Notes under the pieces: model-generated
Told to the model about the DNA's origin: nothing
Database searches by the model: none
What the model saw: only the letters and a program-made list of their open reading frames with translations
Translations under genes and position numbers: made by a program
Origin: Euprymna scolopes
Taxonomy: Eukaryota
Assembly: GCA_053919585.1 (NCBI GenBank)
Contig: CM132808.1
Length of the DNA stretch: 64,000 nt
Direction: 5' to 3' (one strand)
Shown: positions 28,277-39,025 of the stretch, in pieces
Numbering within the stretch: position 1 is the first letter of the stretch
Layout of the letters: each line of letters starts with the position of its first letter

Positions 28277-28313
28277 GCCATTTTGGCTAAGATCAAAGTG
28301 TAGTTCTGATACG
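28277..28313 (+). pseudogene. U2 snRNA-derived fragment
   Basis: GCCATTTTGGCTAAGATCAAAGTGTAGT matches the U2 5' stem-loop I and branch-point recognition sequence. It is followed directly by TCTGATACG, which lies ~22 nt further downstream in U2. Confidence 0.75.
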
Positions 28314-29043
28314 ACATGTCATCTGCTCTGTCCTTGGTCAGTATAGGACAAATTCTAGACTGAGCTTTTATATTTTTGTTCCAACCCAGGGTATTCCTTT
28401 TGAGGACCTGGATTTTTCCCACATTAAAAACCAACCTTTAGTTGACACTGACCTTGACCTTTGTTCTTTCCTTAGTTTTGCCCATTTGGTAGGTCCTTAA
28501 ATCCTAATTGATTTTTCAATTTGGACTATTGTATTCACTTACGGGTTAATAGCTTTAGGAAAATTATACCCCCATCACCACTCAACTCCAGCAAGGGTTT
28601 AAATAATATCACTCACCTTGTTTTGGAAATTTGAAGATGGGGATTAATAATTGGAATTATTTGGACTCATCTTGGTTGCTATTTTTACATTTCGACTGAT
28701 GTAAACTTTAATCTTCTTTAGGTGAATCTTTTTGAACTTAATAAGGTATACAGAATTCCAAACTGAGCCCTTTATTTAATCCATGAGGGTAGATCTTTCT
28801 TATTCCATCAACCATGGCCCGATAGAAGTGTAAAGCATTGTTATTTTTAGTTACTATTGCCTGCAGTAAGGATTGAACCTTCAACCTTGAGAAGACTGCC
28901 ACATAGAGTTGATTGCGGGCATGCAAGATGAGCATAGTAAGCTAAATAATCCAAATATAACATGTCACTTTGTTTTACTCACATTCTTGGAGAGAAATGG
29001 TTTGGTTCGTCTGTTTTATGGCATATGAATCCCTTTTGGGTCA

Positions 29044-29990
29044 TCTATATATCTATATATATATAAAAGGCAAATGTGGCGTGCGCATTTTTGTATGTCC
29101 AAAAAGGGCTTTTTTCGTTGCGATTCTCGGGGGGCGGGGGGTACTATGTCTTAGAACTTTATATACCCCCTAGATAATAATATCTAGGATGTATGAACAC
29201 GCGCCGCGTCTAGATTTATTTACGTCGACTTTTACACAGTTCTTGCTATTTCGGCCCCTTTTGTGTTGATTCGGCGTTTTTGTATAAAAGCGAAACTGAT
29301 GTGCAACTAAGGTGAAGTGCTCAGCCTATGGGGCTGGGAGTGTCCAGAAAGCAATGGACGTTTGGTCAATATCGGTGAAAACCGTCATATCAGACAATTT
29401 CTTTCATTTGGACACTCCCCTAATAAAGGGGGAGCTGGTTTTCCCCAACACGTTGGGGAAACAAAACCAGACAAAGTTGGGTAAAAAACAAACCCAAAAG
29501 AACTATCCTGCAGTTAAAATTAAGTGCGGAATTTAATTTCCTTTGGCCTAATTAAATTCGCTGCGCACCTGCCACACCTGTGCGTTTAAAATGTTAAATT
29601 GGAATTCATTTCATTTACTTTCCTTTTGTGGGCGAGTGGTAACTTATCAAGATTTTCGCCTCAACGTTCTGGGTTCGATCCTACCTACTTACCAAAACTT
29701 TTTTTATTTATTTTACTTTTTCTTCTTTTTACATCATGTTCGCTGGGTCTTTTTTTGTTTGTTTTTCCGATTTTTTAAAAGAAGGTTTTGGAGCTAACTC
29801 CCCCTCCCCCAACACACACACCTACAAAAAAACTTTTTTTTCGCTGTTTTTTTTTTTTGTTTTTGTTCGTTTTTTAATATTTGTTTTCGAGTCTACCTTC
29901 CTACCAAAACTTTTTTTTTCTTTTTTGATCTACCCTGCTCCCCAACACACACACCTACAAACCCCTGGGCAATGCCAGGTACCTCGCTAG
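29044..29990 (+). mobile_element. Non-autonomous Helitron-like element
   Basis: 5' TCTATATA...AAAAG; 3' hairpin CCTGGGCAATGCCAGG followed by CTAG (29987-29990). Confidence 0.75.
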
Positions 29991-30534
29991 TCTATATATA
30001 CAAAAACGAAAATGTGTGCATGTATGTATGTATGTATGCATGTCCGCTTTTTGCGTATGTCTGCAAAAGGCTTTTTTCCAAGGTCTTCTCAGGGGGGTAG
30101 CTCATTCTTAAAACTTTTTATCTCACATCTAAATGATAATATCTACAACTTAAGAATGGGGGTCACATGTGTATTTAATTTGCCCGACTTTTACCAGCTC
30201 GCCATGTCTTCAAAAAGCAAATGAGGGAGCGGGGAAAACAGTAACTAGCTTGCAGCGCAAAACTAGGTCAAACATTACGCGACTTCCTTGCACCTGTATA
30301 TTTCACTTTATAATCCTTAACTAAACATGCTTATCAGTTACTCTCCTCTCGTGGTCGAGATGGTTAAGTGGCTGCCTTTTTTTTTCCACCTTCGTGTCAA
30401 GGCTTCGGGGTTCAATCCTACCTTCCGACTAAAACTTTTTTTTTTCTTTTACACCTCCAAACGCTCGACTAACGTTTTTTTTAACACACACACACCTCCA
30501 AACACCCGGGCAATGCCTGGTACCCCCCCGCTAG
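29991..30534 (+). mobile_element. Non-autonomous Helitron-like element
   Basis: Starts with TC immediately after the previous CTAG and ends CCGGGCAATGCCTGG...CTAG. Confidence 0.75.
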
Positions 30535-31227
30535 TCGATAAATATAAAAGAGAAAATGTGTGTATGTATATTCGCTTTTTGTGTATGTCTGTAAAAGGCT
30601 TTTTTCCGAGAAGCGGTCGGTCGGCTCACAACTTCTTAAAACTTTTTATATCACATATAAATCATAATATTTACGAGTTAACAATGGAGGTCGCCTGTCT
30701 ATTTAATTTGCTCAACTTGAAAAGATAAATATTCAACATTTTTCGCTCACCGCATGTGGATTAGGCTTTTTCGTATAATAAAGGCGCGATCGCCAGAAAT
30801 GTCCAAAAGCAATCAGATTTGATCAATGTGGAAATATTTTCCTTATATCAGATAATTGCTATTCAATTTGGACAACCCCTTTTTATGGGGAGCTTGTTCC
30901 CCCCCCCCCAAACATCTTGAGAAAATAAAAATAAAAAAGCATTCCCGCAGTAAATGAAATACTACCCCGCAGTTAAAGTTGACCTCATTAAGTCATTAAA
31001 CCGTGCACCTGCCAATTCTAAATAGTTAAATAAATTCAAACGTGTTTCGGTTAGTATTTCGCGGTGGCCCAATAGTTAACGTTGCACATTTTTTTTCCGT
31101 ACTTTAATTTCCAAGGGTTCGGGTTTGATCTTCATACTTACCTACCAAAACTTTTTTATTTTATTTTAACCTCTCACCCTGGAGTTTTGATTTACCCAAG
31201 AGGCAACGCCGGATACCCCCCCCCCCA

Positions 31228-31228
<1 letters not shown>
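30535..31228 (+). mobile_element. Non-autonomous Helitron-like element
   Basis: Starts with TC after CTAG; 5' part is homologous to the 29991 and 54550 units; ends GGCAACGCCGG...CCAG before (TA)n. Confidence 0.65.
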
Positions 31229-31286
<58 letters not shown>

Positions 31287-31287
<1 letters not shown>

Positions 31288-31728
31288 TAGCAGGGGTGCC
31301 CGGCGTTGCTCGGGTGTTTGGAGGTGTATGCTGTGCAAAAAAAGCAAAAAAACAAAAAAAATGGTTAATTTTTTAAAACTTTGACCCCTATTATGACCCC
31401 TTAAAATTTATAGTTTCGGGCTCAAATCACTTTATTAAGTTAGATCCAGGTTCAAGGAACCTATATCTAAAATTTCAAGTGTCTAGACCCAAAATTGTCG
31501 GAGGAGTTTGGTAGAGTTCTTAAAGGTCAAATCGTTGAAATTTGACCCCTTAACAGCCAAATTTCTGGCTGACACCCGTCACATCGATTTTCCCAAATCT
31601 CAGTACCCGGTATTTCAAATTTCGAGTCTATAGACTAAAAATTGACAGAGTTATTGCATAGGGAAATGTACACAGACAGACAGACACACAGACAGACAGA
31701 CACACGTTCACTTTTATAAATATATAGA
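31287..31728 (-). mobile_element. Non-autonomous Helitron-like element (same family as the three units at 60979-62259)
   Basis: Reverse complement of the ~430-bp units at 61-62 kb, with CTAG and hairpin at 31287-31315. Confidence 0.8.
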
Positions 31729-32192
31729 TATATAAAGGGCAAAATGTGTGTGTATGTGCATTTGTAAGTCTCACAAAAACTTTCGGCACACATGACGGAT
31801 CCTCACAAGATCGGTATTGTTTTCAAGCTTGATTCTTTGGATGACAAATATTAAAAAAATTGACCAAAAACATTCATTCCTTCACCCTCAACTGGGCAGT
31901 TTCGTACAAGGAGCAGTTGCTTTCTTTGCTGACATTTTAGCAAGTCATTGTCACTGTTGGACTGACTACGCTTAATTTCAACGTTCTTGACTTTGCGTTA
32001 TGGGTTCGAGCCTGTCAGCCTACTACTACTTTTTAAAAAACCTTTTTTAACACCTCTCTTCACCCACTGCTTACTGTTGTTTTGATCCCCACCCTCGCTA
32101 CTACCACTACCACTTTTTAATGCCCCCCCTCCCCCGAGGTTCTTTACTACACCACCTATACACAACCGGGCAGCGCCAGGTACTCCAGCTAG
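31729..32192 (+). mobile_element. Non-autonomous Helitron-like element
   Basis: Homologous to the 38373, 55178 and 60554 units; ends CCGGGCAGCGCCAGG...CTAG. Confidence 0.7.
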
Positions 32193-32489
32193 TTTAATAT
32201 AAAAAAAAAAACAAGTCCTATTGTAAGCAATTGTAGACAATTAGTTGAACATCAGTTGCTATTTTCTACTCACACGTTTACAAGTGGCCTTTGCTTGTAA
32301 TCGAACACAATACAGTTTAGATTTAACAGATTCCATAGCATGTCCATAATGCATCCATTAAGCCAACCGTGAGGACTAGAAGCATGGTGCTGTCTGATAG
32401 ATACAACTGCCCAAATGCATGGCAGTACACTAATGACTCACCTCCATTGGAGGCATAGGGGTTCATTAAGAACAACTGTGTCGAGAGGA

Positions 32490-32766
32490 TTGGTTGTTTG
32501 GTTGTTTTTGTTTTACGGCATATCAACCCTTTTTAGGTTATTTAATGCCGAATCCAGTGATTTTAAAGAAATTTTTTTTAATAGAATATATATTGTTTTT
32601 CAAGTCAGTTTCTATTTAACCCATAGTTGGGACCCTAACAGGTACTACCACTCCGGGTCAGAGTGGACCTGGAAGCAATGGCAATTAAAAGGTGGCTCCA
32701 CACTCCTCAAAGCCCGCAAGCCGGGGCTCTCACCATCGGATATAGTTTAAGATCATATCCAGGACC
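32490..32766 (+). repeat. Interspersed repeat fragment, unclassified
   Basis: GTTTT(A)CGGCATATCAACCCTTTTTAGGTTAT resembles ~29000-29043, where the copy is cut by the Helitron chain. A GC-richer block lies at 32620-32766. Confidence 0.4.
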
Positions 32767-33219
32767 GTGTCGAGAGGAAGCAAAGACAAAATCCTTTAAT
32801 ATTAATCATTGTTTTGGACACAAAACAAAAAAAATATATAAATAAATAAAAACAAAAAATATATTTTTTAATAACTTATCTTTTTTTTTTTTCTGGAGGA
32901 AAATTAAAAAAAAGAAAAAAAAAAAAAATTTTCGCTATCAGAACTAATGCCCCTGCCCTCCCCCAAGAAATATGGTCGAATAGAAGGTGGCTGTGAAATT
33001 GAATAACAGAATAGATTAATAATAATCATCATCATCATCATCATATCAGGATCATTGAATTCTAAAAGCTTTTCGTTGGTCTATCAAGTTTAATTTCAAA
33101 TAGAATTTTTATCACTAAATCAACAGATTAAGTGGACACATTCTATTTCAGATGCATCTTTATTAGAAAATGTTTCGTCTGTTGGTTGATTTGTTACGTT
33201 TAAGTTTGAAATAAAATTT

Positions 33220-34119
33220 GGTTCTCGTCCAGAATTCACCCTATATTAAAAAACGAAAATCAGTTCTTTGCTATTGTAAAAAAAATGTGAAAATTGAAAT
33301 ATTGAATTTCAAGTGAAACCAATGGTATCAACAGAATTGCCATGTCACAGTACTGAACATATCCAAAATTTATGAAAAAACAAAGTAGAAAATTAATTAT
33401 TAAGGAAAAATGGTTTTCGAGAAAATTGGTAATTTTAGCTTTTAAGAGCGCTTATATTCGCAGGGGAGGTAATTCATTTTTGAAAACTACCAAAAACTTA
33501 GCAATGACCAAAATCATTTTTTTGTTGAATAATGAAATACGTGTTTTATATAATATTTCAAAAATATTTAACCATTGGCAAGAAATATTACATGACAATT
33601 AAGTAGATAACATTACTGACAATTATGACATGACAATTAGGTAGATAATCTTACTTATTGTTGACATTGACAAAAAAAGTAAGTAGTTATTGTTTTTTAA
33701 TGAAAATTTTTCGGCTGTCGGATTTCGCTACAATAAGGAAGAAGTACCAAAAAACCTGTACGACGTACACACCAGTGATAAAACGAAAATATCATATCCC
33801 AAAATTCAACTAAAATTGATCAAGTAGTTTTATTTTTAAATAAGTAAACAATTTTATGAGCATCAAAAAAGTGGCCTGTCATTTTGGAAAAAAAAAAACT
33901 AAAAAAAAAAAAAAAAGAATGGAGGTAACTCGGCAATAATTCAAACGCGTGATTTATGCTGTAATTACTTATAAAATGATTTACTTTATAAAAATAAAAC
34001 TACTTTACCAATTTACGTAATTTTTGGAATATGAAATTTTATTTTGTTGTGGGTACGCACATCATACAGATTTTCCTTCATCTTTATCTTTTAATATAGA
34101 GGGATTCTGAACAAGAACC
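33220..34119. mobile_element. Foldback/MITE with long TIRs (termini GGTTCT(C/T)GTCCAGAATT), apparently with an internal insertion
   Basis: Left end GGTTCTCGTCCAGAATTC; right end GGATTCTGAACAAGAACC; internal inverted AAGTAGTTTTATTTTTA / TAAAAATAAAACTACTT. Same family as 37048-37478. Confidence 0.65.
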
Positions 34120-34613
34120 TAAAATTTCTGTTGGTCTGATGCTTGAATTTGAAATAGCACTTCTGTTGATATGTTATGCTTAAGTTTTAAATAGAATTTC
34201 CATTGCAAGACACGCATATTGAATATAAACTGCATCTTTAGAAAGAATTTGTTAAATATTATTAAAACAGAAAAAGAATTAAAAAAGAAAACAAAATACA
34301 AAAAGACGGTTCATCGGATGAAATGGTCTTGTTCGGATTTCTTCCATTTTTTTTTTTTAGAAGGAGTGGACGGTTGTCATTTAAGGTGTATTTTTTTGTT
34401 TGATTTTTCGTGTGATGAATTATTCCCACAGGTGGTGAGATAAAAATGAAAAATAAAACTGTCTATGGAGCAGTCATGTTCAAGATGAACGGATGAATGA
34501 AAGGACGGCATCGAATGAGGACAAGCCTCGCACAAGGGTCGTTGTCAGCACAACTCAGTTTAAGAAATAAAAATATATTAGTAATATTAATGCTTTCCTC
34601 AAAGGAGAGGAGG

Positions 34614-34655
34614 TTATTTCTTTTTCAAGTTTTTCAACATCCAGTTGATTCCAGG
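34614..34655 (-). CDS. ARL3: ADP-ribosylation factor-like protein 3, last coding exon (PGINWMLKNLKKK*)
   Basis: Acceptor TTTTTCAG, 42 bp, phase 0, TAA stop. Matches the ARL3 C-terminal G-x-N-W...KKK pattern. Confidence 0.88.
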   Translation of the reverse strand, partial: PGINWMLKNLKKK

Positions 34656-34796
34656 CTGAAAAATAAAATAAAAAATAATTAGTAAATAACGAATGGCGAC
34701 ATAATGGATTCCAACTCTACTTTGGAATAAGGAATTGTAAAAAAAATTGTTTTTTAAATAATGCCATTAAATAATAAAATAATAAAATAAATAAAT

Positions 34797-35540
34797 AATG
34801 CAGTTAAATAAAAACAAAAAGAACAAGACAATTTATGAATTATTCTGACTATTGTTCTCAACTTGAGTGTTATTCTCACAACATTTTGGCCAATATAACC
34901 TCCAACCTTCTTCAAGTATATCTTGTCGAACTCGGGAATCTTTCTGCCAAACTAGAGAATCTTTCTGCCAAACTCGAGAATCTTTCTGCTAAACTCTGGA
35001 GTCTGCACAGAATTTCTAATGAAACCTTTTATTTAAGACATGGAAGTAGTATGCTCTCGTCCTGTCAGCTATGACTGGGTAGAAGTCTAAAATAATTCAC
35101 AATTGTGTTCTTAGTATTGCTCACATTGACGATTGAACCTTCAAAATCCAGAGGAATGTCACTTATAAGTAAATTTTGTTTAGAACTTTATCCATTCTGC
35201 AAATTCAGTTCTGACACTCTTCTGGGGGTTGAAGTTTTAATCGAGCAGAGCAGGCAATACTAAGAACACAATTGTAAATTATTTAAGACTTTTACCTAAT
35301 CACAGCTGATGGGACCAGAGCCTGCTATTCACAAAGATTAAATAAAGGGTTTCATTTGAAATTTTGTGCAGATTCCAGAGTTCGACAGAAATATTCCTGA
35401 GTTTGACAAGATATACTTGAAGGTCGGAGATTACATCGGCCAAAATATTGTGCAAATAACACTCAAGGTAAAAACAATAGTTCAAATAATCCAAATAATA
35501 CATAAATTGTCTTGTTTGTTTAATCTTATTTAACTGCATT
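34797..35540. mobile_element. Long inverted repeat (arms 34797-35120 and 35254-35540), Penelope-like terminal remnants
   Basis: The arms are reverse-complementary; ORFs 34835+ and 35539- encode similar strings. Each arm carries a decayed CTGAAGAAGG...GGCCGAAA-type motif. Confidence 0.7.
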
Positions 35541-36152
35541 TTATTGCTTTTAGGTGTTTTTTATTGATTAGTTAGCTCAAAGTAAAGTTTATTATGTGTC
35601 TACAGTTAGTGACTATTTCATTTTTACAATTAAGTTTATTAATTTTATGTTTTGTTAATATGTCAATTCTTAGACCTATTCATTCTTTATAAATGAGACA
35701 GAAATAAAAAAAAATAATTAAACCTAGGGGCTGAAGTTTAGAACAACAAACTTTTAGATATTACTTTCAACTTTGATAAAAGATATATATAAAGTTGTAT
35801 TTAACAGATAATGCTAATAAGTGAACACAAGTACCCATTCACCACATCGATTATAAAACATTTTTAGCCAAAATATAAGAAATCCATCTTGAAATAATAA
35901 TAAAACATTTACAACTAAAATGAAAGCACTGTTCAGGGAAGGAGGAGATTACCAATTTGCAAACTAGCAAAACAAAAAAAAAAAAGCCCCAGCTTATTAC
36001 AGGTATTAAAAAAAAACAAAGAAAACACCTACAATTTAATAAAAAAGGTGTTTCCACAATAGATATTATTGAACATGGTCACATACATTAGATACTGCGT
36101 AGAAGTTTTGACTAATCAAGTAAAATTTAGTATTGGAGAAAATAAATAAAGA

Positions 36153-36642
36153 CGAAGAGTGTTTAGTAAGTAATGCCTCTGACCAATTCTCATAGCAGTA
36201 GAGCAACAGAACTCTTATTTAATTAGTCTTTCTCTACATAGGAACAACCCAGAGTTACGTAATTCTTCCATCGTTTTATTGCAGATCGTTCTCCGATCAC
36301 GACATAACTTCAAACATCAAGCTGCATCATCTGGAAATGCTTTCCTTTCAAAAACAACTTTGTGGCTGGGAAGATGTGAAAGTCAGAGCGTGCAAGATAT
36401 CATACATTTCTTTATTTTCATCAAAAGCCTCCTATGATGTGCGTCCTTTCAAATTCAAAAAGTAGATCACTGCATGACGTTCAACATGCTCCACTTCACA
36501 CCTGTAAATCAGAAACCACAATTAGTTCAGAGCTATAATTTGTCACATGATCCATAGAGATATAAATCATTGCACATGCAAATTTTCAGCTAGATCGAAC
36601 AACTGGAGGTGTGTCAGGGTATTACTTACTGAACGCTCCTTG
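36153..36642 (-). mobile_element. Internally deleted mariner derivative of the 39026-40315 family
   Basis: Both ends resemble the mariner TIR (…AAGTAATGCC(C/T)CTGACC). Sequence equivalent to ~39280 is joined to ~40033, so ~750 bp of transposase is missing. TA at 36643-36644. Confidence 0.85.
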
Positions 36643-36794
36643 TAAATAGAAAATCACTTCCTTCTCAACACCAACATATTTGCATTTCTTGCTTAGTGAT
36701 AGGCTTCTGATACTCTTCTATATACATATTACGCAAAGCTTGAAGCAAACTGCATTTCCTTATAAAATAATAAAAGATGAATGCCACAACTTAC

Positions 36795-36980
36795 TTCTAT
36801 TCCTTCACCTGTCATGGCTGAACAAGGATTGATTTGCCATTTGCGGTCTCTGAGGGAATGTAAATTGAGTCCTTCCGCAATTTCAGATGCAGGGGCAGCT
36901 GTCATAAGATCCTGTTTGTTGGCAAACACTAACAATGGAATTCCACTTAATTTTTCTTCATCCAACAATTCTTGCAATTC
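36795..36980 (-). CDS. ARL3: ARL3 coding exon ([25 protein letters not shown]...[12 protein letters not shown])
   Basis: 186 bp, CCTGTAG acceptor, GTAAGT donor. Contains G4 (NKQD) and G5 (CSA) motifs. Confidence 0.97.
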
Positions 36981-37047
36981 CTACAGGAAAACAAAAAGTA
37001 ATTAAGATTCAGAATTGCTTTAAAATAAATTCAATTAAGAACGTAAT

Positions 37048-37699
37048 AATTCTCATTCAGAATTCTCTCTATATTAAAAAACAAAAATAAAGAAAAATCT
37101 GTATGATGTATGTATGTATTAGTGAGAAAGCGAAAACATCATATTCTAAAAATCATGTAAAATTGATCAAGTAGTTTTATTTTTAAAAATGAAATTTTAT
37201 GAGTAACAGAAATGTGTCTGTTTTGTCTGCCATTTTGAAAACAATCTAAAAGAAAGGGAGATAATTCAATAATTCGAACTTGCAGAATTTATGTAGTAAT
37301 GCCTATGAATTTCCATTAATCTTTTAAAGATGATTTTCTTTATAAAAATAAAACTACTTGATCACTTTATATGATTTTCTGGAAGATGATATTTTTGTTT
37401 CATCATGGGCATGTACCATTATACAGAAGTTTTCTTTATTTTTGTTTTTTTAATATGGGGGAATTCTAGACAAGAACCAGTCTTTCCCAATTTATTTTAT
37501 TATTATTGAGCCACTTTGTATTTGTTTTTTAGATTATTTTCAAAATGGTGGGTAAGACGGCTTCTATTCTGTTACTCATAAAATTTGATTCTCTTCTTCA
37601 AAAATAAAACTACTTGATCAATATATGTGATTTTTGGGATATGATGTTTCCATTTTTCTTTATTTTTACTTAATACAGAGGTAATTCTGGACAAGAACC
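37048..37699. mobile_element. Foldback/MITE (37048-37478) plus an adjacent partial right half (to 37699)
   Basis: Inverted arms of ~140 bp; right ends GAATTCT(A/G)GACAAGAACC at 37478 and 37699. Confidence 0.7.
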
Positions 37700-37724
37700 A
37701 GAAGACTTTTTTTATAAAACATTA

Positions 37725-38013
37725 ACGGAACATTCACTGTTAAAGTACTTGTAGAACAGGCAGAGGGATGCCACATTTCGTCGATGGGATAGAGGCTGAA
37801 GCTTGGATGACAGTTCAGGACCTATTAGGTTGGCGACTCTCTTTTGAACCTTGTCTAGGAGTGAGAGACTAGTAGCAGATGCACCAGCCCAAATATGACA
37901 ACAATACTTCATACATGGGCGAATGGTGGCCTGATAGAGGTACAGGATACTTTCAGGTGTTAGTAGCTTTCTAGCACGGTAGAGAGAACCTACCTTTTTC
38001 GCAGCGGTTCTGG
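37725..38013 (-). mobile_element. CR1/L2-group LINE ORF2 C-terminal fragment
   Basis: YCCHIWAGAS...LDKVQKRVANLIG...RRNVASLCLFYKY, nearly identical to the 46.9-47.2 kb copy. Confidence 0.85.
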
Positions 38014-38372
38014 GCTAAACCTTCCCTGACTTTGTATGCAATCGCTGGACCTTTTGTGTTTTAAGGTAAAAACCTGCAATCCTATAGGTATGATGAATCA
38101 CTTCAGCCAACAAGGACTTCAGGCAGATTAAACAATTCTAAGGCACAATTTTCATGGGTTTCATGCAGAAGTTCGATACGTTCAACAAAAAAAGGATTGT
38201 GTCTGTTTCTGCCAACATGGATTTCATCATTATGCAATAATTATTCTTATAGCGATTTCTCTTCATTTTCCACTCACTCGAGAAGCCCTACCATTTTTAA
38301 CATAGACCTTTATGCCTTATTCACTCCTCCCTCAAGTATAACCTCTTCAATCAGTCATAAAACTAATCACCA

Positions 38373-38804
38373 TCTATAATATAAATCTCACCTGTCTGTT
38401 TAAATGTATGTATGTCTGCCTAAAACTTTTGACAGAGGCAATGGATTTTCACGAGACTGGTGTCGTTTTGAAGCTCGACCCTTCAAACGACAAATATCGA
38501 AAAATTGACTAAAAACATGAATTCCTTCACTCTCAACTGGGCACTTTTCTACAAGGAGGGATTGCTTTTTTCGGCAATATTTTCAAAAGTCATCCTCTCT
38601 TTTTGATTGACTAGCCTTAATTTAAACCTTCACCACTTCTGGTTTGGTGATGGACACAACTGCAAAGACATTAGGTTTTTTTTTTCACATTCTTTTCCTC
38701 CTTAGCAGTACAGGTTTGAGCCTGCCTGCCTACTACCCCATTTTTTTTTTTTTTTGCTCAACACACACCTCCAAACACCTGGGCAACGCCGGCACCTAGG
38801 CTAG
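38373..38804 (+). mobile_element. Non-autonomous Helitron-like element
   Basis: A|TCTATAATATAAATCTC...CCTGGGCAACGCCGG...CTAG|T, inserted at an AT site. Confidence 0.8.
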
Positions 38805-38860
38805 TTTTCACTAAAAGTTAAAAAGCAAGAAAACTGTTTTAACAATCACGAAACACTTAC

Positions 38861-38911
38861 CTCTCCAGTTTCTTCGAACCGCTTCTTGTCTGAACTGTCA
38901 ATTACATAAAT
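38861..38911 (-). CDS. ARL3: ARL3 coding exon (IYVIDSSDKKRFEETGE)
   Basis: 51 bp, TTTTCAG acceptor, GTAAGT donor, phase 0. Confidence 0.97.
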
Positions 38912-39025
38912 CTGAAAATAGAGAAAAAAATAGAACTATTATGAATGGGGGTGTTGGCGTATCATAGGTGTTAATACCTTGCAGAAGATTATGTCTGAAG
39001 AAAAATATGTGTGTGCATGTATGTA

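Noticed and set aside
32323-32360. DALWTCYGIC* as the last ARL3 exon
   Set aside because: No suitable acceptor; 34614-34655 fits the family C-terminus and splice signals much better.
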